64,000 nucleotides of DNA from Alphaproteobacteria bacterium HGW-Alphaproteobacteria-14 (GCA_002842925.1 PHEL01000001.1:6691-70690), one strand, 5' to 3'; numbered from the stretch's first letter, positions 51,311 to 62,022 are shown. Notes: generated by a model from the sequence alone, not told the origin. Numbers and translations are program-made.

Positions 51311-51588
51311 CGGGAACACGATAAAGCACAGCCGCATCGCAACGGCAACGCGACTTGTGTTGTGATGACAATTATCGATCTGATTGAAATCGGACGAGTT
51401 CATCCTGAATAGCAGGTTTGATTCGGATTGTTGGCGCGTTTGACTGACCGGCCCGTTACGCCAGCGATACTTTGGCTACGCTGCGCTTTCCTAGCGGCAA
51501 AAGCTTGTTGCCTGACGGCAATCTGATGTCTCTTTGATCTGCCTCGCAAGCGCAGCCGATGGTCGGTTGCCGCAATCCGGGGCCTCCC

Positions 51589-52569
51589 ATGAGCGTCATT
51601 CCAATCCGGTCCGAAGCATCATCGCGCGGCGCGCGCATGTTGCGTACGGCTTTGGGTGCAGAGATTGCGCGCTGGCTCGAAGAGCCTGCCGTGATCGAGG
51701 TGATGCTCAATCCCGATGGTCGGCTTTGGGTCGACCGGTTGGGTGAAGGCCTTGCCGCAACTGACTGCCTTATGGGCGCCGCCGATGGCGAGCGCATCAT
51801 TCGGCTGGTTGCGCACCATGTCGGTGCCGAGGTTCATGGCGGGGCGCCGCGCGTTTCGGCGGAGCTGCCCGAAGGCGGGGAACGCTTTGAAGGGCTCCTG
51901 CCGCCGGTGGTTGCAGCGCCCAGCTTTGCCATTCGCAAGCCTGCAGTCGCGGTATTTACGCTGGCTGACTATGTCGCCGCAGGCATCATGGCCGACGGGC
52001 AGGCCGTTTTGCTGGCCGATGCCGTCATGGCGCGGAAGAACATTCTGGTCGCTGGCGGTACTTCCACCGGCAAGACCACGCTTACCAATGCGCTGCTGGC
52101 CGAAGTTGCTTCCAGCTCTGACCGCGTCGTCCTGATCGAAGATACGCGCGAACTGCAATGCTCTGCTCCCAATCTCGTATCGCTGCGGACCAAGGACGGC
52201 GTTGCCACCCTGTCAGACCTCGTCCGCTCGGCCTTGCGCCTGCGGCCTGACCGCATCCCGATAGGCGAAGTGCGAGGGGCCGAAGCCCTCGATCTGCTCA
52301 AGGCCTGGGGCACCGGTCATCCGGGCGGCATTGGGACAATCCACGCCGGAACGGCACTGGGCACGCTGCGGCGGCTCGAACAGCTGATCCAGGAAAGTGT
52401 GGTCACCGTGCCGCGCGCGCTGATCGCCGAGACCATCAACGTTATCGCTGTGCTCGTGCGTGATGGCACCGGTCGGCGGCTGTCCGAACTGGCCGAGGTC
52501 CGCGGGCTCGATGCTGCCGGCGAATATGTCCTTGCACCCCTTTCCCCCACTCAAGGAGACCCTTCGTGA
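51589..52569 (+). CDS. trbB: P-type conjugative transfer ATPase
   Basis: [55 protein letters not shown]. Confidence 0.95.
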   Translation: MSVIPIRSEASSRGARMLRTALGAEIARWLEEPAVIEVMLNPDGRLWVDRLGEGLAATDCLMGAADGERIIRLVAHHVGAEVHGGAPRVSAELPEGGERFEGLLPPVVAAPSFAIRKPAVAVFTLADYVAAGIMADGQAVLLADAVMARKNILVAGGTSTGKTTLTNALLAEVASSSDRVVLIEDTRELQCSAPNLVSLRTKDGVATLSDLVRSALRLRPDRIPIGEVRGAEALDLLKAWGTGHPGGIGTIHAGTALGTLRRLEQLIQESVVTVPRALIAETINVIAVLVRDGTGRRLSELAEVRGLDAAGEYVLAPLSPTQGDPS

Positions 52570-52898
52570 TTCACGTTCTATCGCGTGCGCGCTCGCGCCT
52601 GCACGCTACAATACTCACTACCTGCGTGGCACTCGTCGTTGCCACGCCCGCCCATGCAGCAGGCTCGTCCATGCCATGGGAAGCGCCGCTGCAGGCCATC
52701 CTTGAATCCATCCAAGGCCCGGTCGCCAAGATCGTCGCGGTGATCATCATCATCGCCACCGGCCTGGCGCTGGCTTTTGGTGACACATCGGGCGGGTTCC
52801 GGCGGCTGATCCAGATCGTCTTCGGACTGTCGATCGCATTTGCCGCATCGTCTTTCTTCCTGTCCTTCTTTTCCTTCGGCGGCGGGGCGCTCGTCTGA
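52566..52898 (+). CDS. trbC: TrbC/VirB2 pilin
   Basis: AHAAGSSMPWEAPLQAILESIQGPVAK...FGDTSGGFRRLIQIVFG. Confidence 0.92.
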   Translation: MIHVLSRARSRLHATILTTCVALVVATPAHAAGSSMPWEAPLQAILESIQGPVAKIVAVIIIIATGLALAFGDTSGGFRRLIQIVFGLSIAFAASSFFLSFFSFGGGALV

Positions 52899-53173
52899 TG
52901 GAGAGCGGCGCATCCAGTTTTCCCAATGGCTTCGCGGTTCCCGTTCACCGTGCGCTGACCGAGCATATCCTGCTCGGCGGTGCACCGCGCGGGCTCGCGA
53001 TCGCCAATGCCACGCTGGCAGGAGCCATCGGGCTGGGCCTGCAGCTCTGGATTGCAGGGCTCGTTTTCTTCGCGCTTGGCCACATGGTGGCAGTCTGGGC
53101 CGCACGGCGCGATCCGCAATTCGTGGACGTGGCCCGGCGGCATCTGCGCTTTCCTGCGTTTTGCGGGGTGTGA
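52898..53173 (+). CDS. trbD: TrbD/VirB3
   Basis: VPVHRALTEHILLGGAPR...AARRDPQF. Confidence 0.92.
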   Translation: MESGASSFPNGFAVPVHRALTEHILLGGAPRGLAIANATLAGAIGLGLQLWIAGLVFFALGHMVAVWAARRDPQFVDVARRHLRFPAFCGV

Positions 53174-53176
53174 GGG

Positions 53177-55639
53177 ATGCTGAGCTTGCGCGAATATCGA
53201 AACAAGGCCGACCGGCTCGCGGACTTCCTCCCTTGGGCAGCGCTGGTCGCGCCCGGAGTGGCGCTCAACAAGGACGGCAGCTTTCAGCGCAGCGCGCGCT
53301 TTCGCGGGCCCGACCTCGACAGCGCAACGCCTGCCGAACTGATCGCGACCACCGCACGCCTCAACAGCGCGCTGCGGCGGTTGGGATCTGGCTGGGCGAT
53401 GTTCGTCGAAGCGGTGCGCCGTCCGGCGCTTGACTATCCGGTCTGCGACTTTCCCGATCCCGCCTCGGCACTGGTCGAGCGCGAACGCGCAGCGCATTTT
53501 GCCGAGGAAGGCGCGCATTTCGAGAGCCGGTATTTCCTGACCTTCCTGTGGATGCCGCCTGCCGAAGACGCCGCACGCGCCGAAAGCTGGCTCTACGAGG
53601 GCAAGGCGGAAAAAGGCATTGTCCCACGTGAATTGCAGGACGGCTTCGTGGATCGGACCGACCGGCTGCTGCGCCTGTTCGAGGGCTTCTTTCCGGAAGC
53701 CCAATGGCTCGATGACGGCGAAACACTGACCTATCTTCACAGCTGCATCTCGACGCAGGTGCAGTCCGTCCGCGTTCCCGAAACCCCGATGCATCTCGAT
53801 GCGCTGCTCGCCGACAAGCCGCTTACTGGCGGGCTCGAACCGCGTCTGGGCGCGGCGCATCTGCGCACGCTCAGCGTGATCGGCTTTCCTAGCGCGACCT
53901 TTCCCGGCCTGCTCGATGAATTGAACGCACAGGGCTTTGCCTATCGCTGGTCGACTCGGGCGATCATGCTCGACAAGAGCGACGCGACGCGGCTGCTTTC
54001 CAAAATCCGCCGCCAGTGGTTCGCCAAGCGCAAATCGGTCGCCGCGATCCTCAAAGAGGTGATGACCAATGAAGCTTCGGTGATGGTCGACAGCGACGCG
54101 GCCAACAAGGCCGAAGATGCGGACACGGCCTTGCAGGAACTGGGCGCAGACCATGTCGGGCTGGCGCTGGTGACGGCCACCGTCACCGTCTGGGACGAGG
54201 ATGCCGCGCTTGCTGCTGAAAAGCTGCGCCTTGTCGAAAAGGTCATCCAGGGCCGCGATTTCACCTGTGTGACCGAAGGCATGAATGCGATTGAGGCCTG
54301 GCTCGGATCGCTGCCCGGCCATGTCTATGCCAATGTCCGCCAGCCTCCGATCTCGACTCTCAATCTGGCGCATATGATGCCGCTCTCGGCGGTCTGGGCC
54401 GGGCCGGAGTGCAATGCGCATCTCGATGCGCCGCCGCTCTTCTATGTGAAGACCGAAGGCTCGACCCCGTTCCGCTTTTCGCTGCATGTGGGTGATGTTG
54501 GACACAGTCTGGTTGTCGGCCCAACCGGGGCGGGCAAGTCGGTGCTGCTGGCCATGATGGCGCTGCAATTCCGCCGCTATGCTGGCTCGCAAATCTTCGC
54601 TTTCGATTTCGGCGGCTCAATCCGGGCGGCGGCGCTCGCATGCGGCGGCGACTGGCAGGATCTGGGATCAAGCCTTTCAGAGGACGGCGACGAGGCCGTG
54701 ATGCTGCAACCGCTCGCGCGGATCGACGAGCCGGGAGAACGCAATTGGGCGTCCGAATGGTTGCAGGCCATCCTTGCTTCCGAAGGCGTCACCATTGACC
54801 CGGCCACCAAGGACCATCTCTGGTCGGCACTGACCTCGCTGTCGACCGCGCCAATCGGCGAACGCACGCTCACGGGCCTAGCCGTCCTGCTCCAATCGCA
54901 GGGCTTGAAGCAGGCACTCGCGCCCTATTGCATCGGTGGTCCGTTCGGTCGGCTGCTTGATGCCGAAAGCGAGCGGCTTGGCGAAGGCAGCTTCCAGGCC
55001 TTTGAGACCGAGGGATTGACCGGATCGGCAGCGGCCCCCGCAGTCCTGTCCTATCTCTTCCACCGGATCGAAGGGCGGCTCGACGGGTCGCCTACGATGA
55101 TCATCATCGATGAGGGCTGGCTGGTGCTCGACAGCCCAGCCTTTGCCGCGCAATTGCGCGAATGGCTTAAAACGCTGCGCAAGAAGAATGCGAGCGTGGT
55201 GTTTGCCACGCAGAGCCTTGCCGATATCGAGAGTTCAGCGATTGCACCGGCAATCATCGAAAGCTGCCCAACCCGTATCTTCCTGCCCAATGAGCGCGCG
55301 GTCGAACCGCAAATCCTGAGCATCTATCGCCGCTTCGGGCTCAACGATCGCCAGATCGAAATCCTCAGCCGGGCAACGCCCAAGCGCGATTATTACTGTC
55401 AGTCAGCGCGCGGCAACCGTCTGTTCGAACTGGGTCTGGGAGAGGTCGCGCTCGCCTTCACCGCAGCCTCTTCAAAGAGTGACCAGCTCGCTATCGCGAG
55501 GATCATCGAGAATTCCGGCCGCGCAGGTTTTGCCGCCGCCTGGCTCAGACATCGCGGCCTCGACTGGGCTGCCGACCTGCTCGGAGCCCCCGAGCGCACA
55601 TCCCTTACCCCCAGCCCCCAACAAGGAGACCTCCCATGA
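53177..55639 (+). CDS. trbE: TrbE/VirB4 ATPase
   Basis: LADFLPWAALV, GHSLVVGPTGAGKS, IIIDEGW, TLRKKNASVVFATQSL. Confidence 0.96.
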   Translation: MLSLREYRNKADRLADFLPWAALVAPGVALNKDGSFQRSARFRGPDLDSATPAELIATTARLNSALRRLGSGWAMFVEAVRRPALDYPVCDFPDPASALVERERAAHFAEEGAHFESRYFLTFLWMPPAEDAARAESWLYEGKAEKGIVPRELQDGFVDRTDRLLRLFEGFFPEAQWLDDGETLTYLHSCISTQVQSVRVPETPMHLDALLADKPLTGGLEPRLGAAHLRTLSVIGFPSATFPGLLDELNAQGFAYRWSTRAIMLDKSDATRLLSKIRRQWFAKRKSVAAILKEVMTNEASVMVDSDAANKAEDADTALQELGADHVGLALVTATVTVWDEDAALAAEKLRLVEKVIQGRDFTCVTEGMNAIEAWLGSLPGHVYANVRQPPISTLNLAHMMPLSAVWAGPECNAHLDAPPLFYVKTEGSTPFRFSLHVGDVGHSLVVGPTGAGKSVLLAMMALQFRRYAGSQIFAFDFGGSIRAAALACGGDWQDLGSSLSEDGDEAVMLQPLARIDEPGERNWASEWLQAILASEGVTIDPATKDHLWSALTSLSTAPIGERTLTGLAVLLQSQGLKQALAPYCIGGPFGRLLDAESERLGEGSFQAFETEGLTGSAAAPAVLSYLFHRIEGRLDGSPTMIIIDEGWLVLDSPAFAAQLREWLKTLRKKNASVVFATQSLADIESSAIAPAIIESCPTRIFLPNERAVEPQILSIYRRFGLNDRQIEILSRATPKRDYYCQSARGNRLFELGLGEVALAFTAASSKSDQLAIARIIENSGRAGFAAAWLRHRGLDWAADLLGAPERTSLTPSPQQGDLP

Positions 55640-56382
55640 TTCCTCGGAAATACTTTCGCAGCCTTTTGACCGGTGTCGCGCTTGCCTGCGCAGGCTCCGG
55701 CGCTCTCGTGTCCGCGCCTGCCCACGCGCAGTTCGGCGGGGTCGTCTACGATCCATCGAACTATGCCCAGAACGTGCTGACCGCTGCGCGCACGCTTGAG
55801 CAGATCAACAATCAGATCCGCATGCTGCAGAACCAGGCGAACTCGCTCGTCAACGAGGCGCGCAATTTGCAGAGCTTGCCGCTTACCGTCCTGCAGCCCT
55901 TGCAGGACCAGATCCGGCAGACCCAGCAATTGCTCCAGCAGGCCCAGCGCATTGCCTATGATGTGCGCGAAATCGAAACGACCTTCGATGCGCAGTACAA
56001 GAATATTCCGCTCAATGCCTCACAGCAGGCGATGGTCAATGGCGCTGAGGCGCGCTGGCAAAACAGCGTCGCTGGTTTTGAAGATGCGCTGAAGGTCCAG
56101 GCGGGCGCGGTCGCCAATATCGAAGGCTCGCGCGAAGCGGTCGGCGATCTGGTCAGCGCCAGCCAGTCAGCCACCGGTGCCTTGCAGGCCGCACAGGCGG
56201 GCAACCAATTGCTGGCCGTGCAGGCAGGCCAATTGGCCGATCTCACTGCCACGCTGGCGGCGATGAGCCGGGCGCAGGCGCTTGATGCTGCCGAAAGCGC
56301 GGCAGCCAAGGCGCAGGCGCGCGAACAGCTGCGGCGCTTTCTTGCCAATCGTCCGCGCTACCTGCCCAGCGGGCAAAAGTGA
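55636..56382 (+). CDS. trbJ: P-type conjugative transfer protein
   Basis: VYDPSNYAQNVLTAARTLEQINNQI, GALQAAQAGNQLLA. Confidence 0.93.
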   Translation: MIPRKYFRSLLTGVALACAGSGALVSAPAHAQFGGVVYDPSNYAQNVLTAARTLEQINNQIRMLQNQANSLVNEARNLQSLPLTVLQPLQDQIRQTQQLLQQAQRIAYDVREIETTFDAQYKNIPLNASQQAMVNGAEARWQNSVAGFEDALKVQAGAVANIEGSREAVGDLVSASQSATGALQAAQAGNQLLAVQAGQLADLTATLAAMSRAQALDAAESAAAKAQAREQLRRFLANRPRYLPSGQK

Positions 56383-56388
56383 TCCGCC

Positions 56389-56736
56389 ATGGATAGCAAG
56401 CTCCTCGCGCGCGTCGGTGCCGCCGTCTTCGTCGGCCTCGCCTTCGCCATGACGCTCGTGCAGCTGCGCGAGGAACCTGCCACGCGCCCTGAGCCTGCAC
56501 CGGACATCTGGATCCCCGATGGCGATCCCTTGCCCGCCCAATTGCGTGCATGTGCCGAGATGGGCGAGTTGGCGCTGTCCTCACCCGATTGCCGCGCGGC
56601 CTGGGCCGAAAAGCGCCGCCGCTTCCTGGGTGTCGATCATCCCGAGGCCTATTCCGGGCTCGCTTATCCTGCGCCGCCAGACGCGCCTGACTTCCCGGTG
56701 CCGGCCCCGGTTGGCGAACAGCGAGGGGAGAACTGA
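56389..56736 (+). CDS. trbK: TrbK-alt (putative entry-exclusion) protein
   Basis: MDSKLLARVGAAVFV...LRAC.EMGE.A....C..AWAEKRRRFLG; lies between trbJ and trbL. Confidence 0.8.
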   Translation: MDSKLLARVGAAVFVGLAFAMTLVQLREEPATRPEPAPDIWIPDGDPLPAQLRACAEMGELALSSPDCRAAWAEKRRRFLGVDHPEAYSGLAYPAPPDAPDFPVPAPVGEQRGEN

Positions 56737-56737
56737 C

Positions 56738-58051
56738 ATGGGCGGCACCGGCGTCGTCGATCGCTTTCTGGCGATCTTCTCCCAATATATCGACAGCGGC
56801 TTTGGCCTACTTTCGGGCGAAGTCGCGTTCATCGCGACCACGTTGATCGTGATCGATGTGACGCTGGCAGCGCTGTTCTGGAGCTGGGGCGAGAATGACG
56901 ACATCATCGCCCGGCTCGTCAAGAAGACGCTCTTCGTCGGCATCTTCGCCTATATCATCAGCAACTGGAGCGCGCTCGCCAACATAATCTTCAACAGCTT
57001 TGCTGGTCTCGGTCTGAAAGCCAGCGGTTCGGGGCTGGGTGCCGCCGACCTGCTGCAGCCGGGCCGGGTCGCGCAGGTCGGGATCGATGCCGCCTGGCCG
57101 CTGATCGAATCCATCGCCGATCTGATGGGCTATGTCGGCTTCTTCGAGAATTTCCTGCAGATCATCATTCTGCTGCTTGCCTGGGCGGTGGTGATCATCG
57201 CATTCTTCATTCTGTCGATCCAGCTGTTCGTCACCCTGATCGAGTTCAAGCTGACAACGCTCGCAGGCTTTGTGCTCATTCCCTTCGGCCTGTTCGGCAA
57301 GACCGCCTTCCTAGCCGAGCGTGTGCTCGGCAATGTCGTGTCTTCGGGCATCAAGGTGCTGGTTCTGGCCGTGATCATCGGCATCGGCTCAACGCTCTTT
57401 GCTGAATTCACCAGCGCGATTCCCGGCGAGCCGACCATCGAGGATGCGCTTGCGATCGTGCTGGCCAGCCTCACGCTTCTCGGTCTGGGCATTTTTGGCC
57501 CCGGCATCGCCAACGGCATCGTGGCTGGCGGGCCGCAATTGGGCGCTGGCGCTGCAGCGGGCACGGCTCTGTTAGCAGGCGGCGCGGCGGTGGGCGGTGT
57601 CGCCGGAGCCAAGCTGGCTGGCGGCGCTGTCGCCAGCGCTGCCTCGTCGGTCGCGCAAGGCACATCGCGCGCTGCGGGCGGGGCAAGCATGGCCTACGCC
57701 ACAGGCTCTGCAGGCAAGAGCGGCGGTGCAGCGGTTGCAGGCGGCATGGCCGGTGTCGGCCGCGCCGCAGGAGGTGCCGCCATGTCGCCGCTGCGCAAAG
57801 CAGCGGACAGCGCCAAAAGCAATTTCCGCGAGGGTGCACGGGCGTCGGTCGGCAATATGGGCGGACGCATCGTGCCTGCACCCGGCAGCACGCCGTCCGG
57901 TCCACAGCCCGAAAACGGCCCGCCCGCCTGGGCCAAATCCATGAAGCAGCGCCACAGCCTCGGCCACTCGGCTTCGCTCGCCGCGCACACGGTGCGCTCC
58001 GGTGACGGCCACGGCGCAGGCTCCTCCATCGACACGAAAGAGAAGGACTGA
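56738..58051 (+). CDS. trbL: TrbL/VirB6
   Basis: MGGTGVVDRFL...YIDSGFGLL, IQLFVTLIEFKL, Gly/Ala-rich tail. Start moved to 56738. Confidence 0.94.
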   Translation: MGGTGVVDRFLAIFSQYIDSGFGLLSGEVAFIATTLIVIDVTLAALFWSWGENDDIIARLVKKTLFVGIFAYIISNWSALANIIFNSFAGLGLKASGSGLGAADLLQPGRVAQVGIDAAWPLIESIADLMGYVGFFENFLQIIILLLAWAVVIIAFFILSIQLFVTLIEFKLTTLAGFVLIPFGLFGKTAFLAERVLGNVVSSGIKVLVLAVIIGIGSTLFAEFTSAIPGEPTIEDALAIVLASLTLLGLGIFGPGIANGIVAGGPQLGAGAAAGTALLAGGAAVGGVAGAKLAGGAVASAASSVAQGTSRAAGGASMAYATGSAGKSGGAAVAGGMAGVGRAAGGAAMSPLRKAADSAKSNFREGARASVGNMGGRIVPAPGSTPSGPQPENGPPAWAKSMKQRHSLGHSASLAAHTVRSGDGHGAGSSIDTKEKD

Positions 58052-58057
58052 CCTCTC

Positions 58058-58738
58058 ATGTTCAAACGCCCCTCAATCCGATACGGCAAGACGCCGCAAC
58101 CCGAGACGCCCTATCAGCGCGCGGCACAGGTCTGGGACGAGCGCATCGGCTCGGCCCGCGTCCAGGCGAAGAGCTGGCGCTATGCCTTTTTCGGCGCGCT
58201 CGGCCTATCAGCAGCGCTGACCGGCGGTCTCATCTGGCAGAATGCGCGCGGCACCATCGTCCCCTGGGTGGTCGAGGTCGACAAGCTTGGCGAAGCGCGC
58301 AGCGTCGCGCCTGCCAATACGGAGTTCGCGCCAACCGATCCGCAGATCGCCTTCCACCTTGCCCGCTTCATCGAGCATGTCCGTGCCATCCCCGACGATG
58401 CCATCGTTGTGCGGGAAAACTGGCTCAGAGCCTATGACTTCGCGAGCGACAAGGGCGCGATCGCGCTCAATGACTATGCGCGCGCCAATGATCCCTTCTC
58501 CGTGATTGGACGCGAACAGGTGGCCGTCGATGTCACCAGCGTGATCCGTGCGTCGCCGCGCAGTTTCCGGGTGGCCTGGGTCGAGCGCCGCTACCGCGAC
58601 GGCGCGCTCGCCGAGACGAGCCGGTGGACCGCGATCCTCGGCATCACCGTGCAGCCGCCCAATAATCCCGATGCGCTCACCAAGAACCCACTCGGCATCT
58701 TCGTCACATCCATCAACTGGTCAAAGGAGCTCGGCTGA
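58058..58738 (+). CDS. trbF: TrbF/VirB8
   Basis: PETPYQRAAQVWDERIGSARVQA, NPLGIFVTSINWSKE. Confidence 0.94.
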   Translation: MFKRPSIRYGKTPQPETPYQRAAQVWDERIGSARVQAKSWRYAFFGALGLSAALTGGLIWQNARGTIVPWVVEVDKLGEARSVAPANTEFAPTDPQIAFHLARFIEHVRAIPDDAIVVRENWLRAYDFASDKGAIALNDYARANDPFSVIGREQVAVDVTSVIRASPRSFRVAWVERRYRDGALAETSRWTAILGITVQPPNNPDALTKNPLGIFVTSINWSKELG

Positions 58739-59730
58739 TGTCCCGCTCACATATTCTGTCTCGCAAAATCTATGTCAGCCTGTTTGGTTCTGCCTCGCTG
58801 GCCCTGGCTTCGTCCGCTTCGGCGACACCTGCACCCATCGCTCCGGCCATGCAGACGGCTCTTACTGTGCTGGTCCAGCTGCGCCCGGTCACAGCAATCC
58901 GATCGCTTGAGTACATCAATTCCCTTTCGCGGCAGGCCTCCCCCACTGCCGCGCGCCGCTCCCGCCCGCCTGACCCCGAGGACGAGGTGGGAGCGGCAAA
59001 CGATGCTGCCCGTATCCAGCCCGAGGATGCAGGGTTCCAGAATGCGATCCAGCGCTATGCCTTTAGCGAAGGAGCGCTGTTCCAGATTTATGCCAAGCCC
59101 GGTCAGGTGACCGATATCGCCTTGCAGGAAGGCGAGCAGCTGGTCGGTCCCGGACCGGTTGCGGCAGGCGATACGGTGCGCTGGATGATCGGCGATACGC
59201 TCAGCGGATCGGGCGCCACACAGCGGGTGCATATCCTCGTCAAGCCGACCCGGCCTGACATCACCACCAACCTTGTCATCAACACCGACCGGCGCACCTA
59301 TCACGTCGAACTGCGCGCCAACGCCCGCGTCTACATGGCCTCGGTCAGCTGGTCCTATCCCGAAGACGAGCTGATCGCATTGCGACGGGCAGAAGCCGAA
59401 GCCGTGCGCACGGCGCCGATTGCGGATGGGTTCACGATCGAAAACCTCAATTTTGATTACCGGATATCGGGCGACAAACCCGATTGGCGGCCGCTGCGCG
59501 TTTTCGATGATGGTCAGCGCACGCTCGTGGAGTTCCCGCCCGACATTGCCCAAGGGGAAATGCCGCCCTTCTTCGTCATTGGCGAGGAGGGCGAGGCCGA
59601 ACTGGTCAATTACCGGGTGAACGGGCGCTACCTGATCGTCGACCGGCTGTTCCATAAGGCAGAGTTGCGACTTGGCGCAGGACGCCGGCAGGTTCGCGTA
59701 AAGATCACCAATCGGGCGCGGAGCGAGTGA
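58738..59730 (+). CDS. trbG: TrbG/VirB9
   Basis: QIYAKPGQVTDIALQEGE, AAGDTVRWMIG, NLVINTDRRTYH, RVFDDG, LVNYRV. Confidence 0.94.
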   Translation: MSRSHILSRKIYVSLFGSASLALASSASATPAPIAPAMQTALTVLVQLRPVTAIRSLEYINSLSRQASPTAARRSRPPDPEDEVGAANDAARIQPEDAGFQNAIQRYAFSEGALFQIYAKPGQVTDIALQEGEQLVGPGPVAAGDTVRWMIGDTLSGSGATQRVHILVKPTRPDITTNLVINTDRRTYHVELRANARVYMASVSWSYPEDELIALRRAEAEAVRTAPIADGFTIENLNFDYRISGDKPDWRPLRVFDDGQRTLVEFPPDIAQGEMPPFFVIGEEGEAELVNYRVNGRYLIVDRLFHKAELRLGAGRRQVRVKITNRARSE

Positions 59731-60902
59731 TGAACAGCGAGCCCGAACCCGAACGCCCCGTCGACGCCGAATCCATCACCAGCCTGCGCGGCGAGGGCCC
59801 GCGCGTCGTGCGGCTGTCGCGCAAAGCCATCGGTATCGCCAGCGCCGTCGGACTATCGCTTGTGGGCGCAGCTTTACTCTATGCGCTGCAGCCTGCCTCG
59901 CAAGGGAGCGAGGAGGAGCTGTTCAACACCGATGGCGTCGCGGTGGCCGATGGTCTGGCATCGGCCCCGAGGGATTATTCGCAGGTGCCAAGGCTCGGAC
60001 CGCCGCTTCCCGGCGATCTCGGCAAGCCGATCCTCGATGCGCAGGAGCGCGGGGCCGTTGCTGCATTACCGCCTGTCGGCGCGCAACCGCCCCCACCGCC
60101 GCCGCAGGGCATCAGCCCAGAGGAAGCGGCGCGTCAGCGGATCGAACAGGAACGCGAAGCCGCACGCGGTAGCCGCCTGTTTTTTGGCGGCGGAACGCCC
60201 GCTGCCAGTCTAGCGCAGGCGCTCCCGCCCTCCGATCCATTGCCTGCATCAGCTCAGCCTTCGGTTTCTGCCGCACAGCCTGCCTTTCTCGATCGACCCG
60301 CCGAGCGCCGTACAGTTTCATTGCAGCGGCTCGATGCCGCACCATCGGGGGCGCTGTTGCAAGCCGGTTCAGTCATCCCCGCCGCACTCATTACCGGTAT
60401 TCGCTCCGACCAGCCCGGCCTTGTAACCGCGCAAGTGACTCAAAACGTCTATGACAGCCTGACCGGACGCCGCTTGCTGATCCCGCAGGGCGCGCGCCTG
60501 ATCGGCGAATACGAATCCGATGTTGGCTTTGGCCAGCGGCGCGTGCTGCTCGCATGGAACCGGCTTATCCTGCCCGATGGCCGTTCAATCGTACTGGAAC
60601 GCCAGCCCGCGTCCGATCCCTCAGGCTATGCCGGTCTCGAAGACGGGGTCGATTATCACTGGGGCGGCGTACTCAAAGCCGCGCTGGTCTCGACTTTGCT
60701 GGGCGTTGGTAGCGAATTTGGTTCCGGCAGTGAAAGTGATTTGGCGCGGGCGCTGCGGCGCGGCAGTCAGGACAGCGTCAACCGCGCGGGCGAGCAGATC
60801 GTCTCGCGCGAGCTCAATATCCGCCCGACGCTGACTATACGGCCGGGCTATCCAGTGCGGGTGCTAGTCACCCGTGATATCGTACTGGAAAGTGGATCGT
60901 GA
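59727..60902 (+). CDS. trbI: TrbI/VirB10
   Basis: LQAGSVIPAALITGIRSDQPG, IPQGARLIGEY, PTLTIRPGYPVRV. Confidence 0.95.
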   Translation: MMNSEPEPERPVDAESITSLRGEGPRVVRLSRKAIGIASAVGLSLVGAALLYALQPASQGSEEELFNTDGVAVADGLASAPRDYSQVPRLGPPLPGDLGKPILDAQERGAVAALPPVGAQPPPPPPQGISPEEAARQRIEQEREAARGSRLFFGGGTPAASLAQALPPSDPLPASAQPSVSAAQPAFLDRPAERRTVSLQRLDAAPSGALLQAGSVIPAALITGIRSDQPGLVTAQVTQNVYDSLTGRRLLIPQGARLIGEYESDVGFGQRRVLLAWNRLILPDGRSIVLERQPASDPSGYAGLEDGVDYHWGGVLKAALVSTLLGVGSEFGSGSESDLARALRRGSQDSVNRAGEQIVSRELNIRPTLTIRPGYPVRVLVTRDIVLESGS

Positions 60903-61138
60903 CCAGGCTCAAGCTTTCCGACATCACCGACGAGAAGCCCGTCAAGCTCACCATCGAGATCCCCGCCCGGTTGCACTGCGATCTGGTTACCTATGGCACC
61001 GTCCTGAATGGCGGAGAGGAGCTAGGTGCACCAACACCCGAGCAGTTGGTCGCCCCGATGCTGGAGCGGTTTATGGCGACCGATCGCGAGTTCGCGAAAG
61101 CGCGGCGGAACATTCAGCCAGCGCCGGTTAGCGGATAG
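60899..61138 (+). CDS. DUF2274 family protein
   Basis: LKLSDITDEKPVKLTIEIPARLH.DL...LVAPMLERFMATDREF. Confidence 0.88.
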   Translation: MTRLKLSDITDEKPVKLTIEIPARLHCDLVTYGTVLNGGEELGAPTPEQLVAPMLERFMATDREFAKARRNIQPAPVSG

Positions 61139-62022
61139 CGTTCATCGAGCAGCTTGAAGAAGCGGGCGAGTGCGGGATTGTCGTTGTCCTCGCGCCACCA
61201 GGCTGCAAAATCGAGATGCGCAGCACCGCTTGGGTCGGTTATCTCGCGGAACACGACATCGGACCGGGCAGCGCCGGTCGCGCTTTCGGGGACCACGGTG
61301 ATGAACTTCCCGAACGGCACCATAGCGGCGATGGTCTCTGCGCTCGTTTCCTGGGTGATGATATTGGCCTTCAAGCCATTGCTGCCAAGCCGCTGGCGGA
61401 TCACTTCGGCAATCCTCGGCCCGCTTCGTTCCCGCGGCATCACGAAGACCGACTTGCGCAAATCGGTCCAGAATAGGCTTTCGCTCTTGGCCAGGCGATC
61501 TTCCTTGGACAAGACGACCATCAGCCGTTCGGACCACAGCCAGCGCTTGGTGACTCCGGGTTCCTCGATCTGGCTGGCATGGATGGCGATGTCGACGATG
61601 CGGGTTTGCAGCCCTGATAGCATGCGTTCGGGACTGGCTTCGAGCGCATCAAGTTGCACATCGGGAAAGCGTTCGAGCACATCGCCAAGCAAAAGGCGCA
61701 GATTGCCGGTACTGAGCGAGCCGGAAAAGCCGACCATCAGGCGCCCGACCTCCCCGTATCTCACGGCCTTCGCCGTCGTCAGCAGATTGTCGGCATCGGT
61801 GACGATCCGCCGCGCAACCTCAAGGAACGCCTTGCCGGTCTCTGTCGGCACAACGCCTCGGGTGGAGCGCTCAAACAGAGTGATACCGAGACGATGCTCG
61901 AGCGCCGATACCTTCTTGCTCAACGTGGACTGTTTCACATTGAGCTGCTTGGCCGCGCGCAGGAAGCTGGCCGTGTCTGCTGCGGTAACAGCGAAGCGAA
62001 GCTGGCGAAGGTCGATAGTCAA
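61114..62022 (-). CDS. LysR-family transcriptional regulator
   Basis: DLRQLRF...SFLRAAKQLNVKQSTLSKKVSALEHRLGITLFERS; TTG start. Confidence 0.93.
   Translation of the reverse strand: MTIDLRQLRFAVTAADTASFLRAAKQLNVKQSTLSKKVSALEHRLGITLFERSTRGVVPTETGKAFLEVARRIVTDADNLLTTAKAVRYGEVGRLMVGFSGSLSTGNLRLLLGDVLERFPDVQLDALEASPERMLSGLQTRIVDIAIHASQIEEPGVTKRWLWSERLMVVLSKEDRLAKSESLFWTDLRKSVFVMPRERSGPRIAEVIRQRLGSNGLKANIITQETSAETIAAMVPFGKFITVVPESATGAARSDVVFREITDPSGAAHLDFAAWWREDNDNPALARFFKLLDERYPLTGAG

Noticed and set aside
52571-54592. 673-aa antisense ORF across trbC-trbE
   Set aside because: Shadow of well-supported sense genes.
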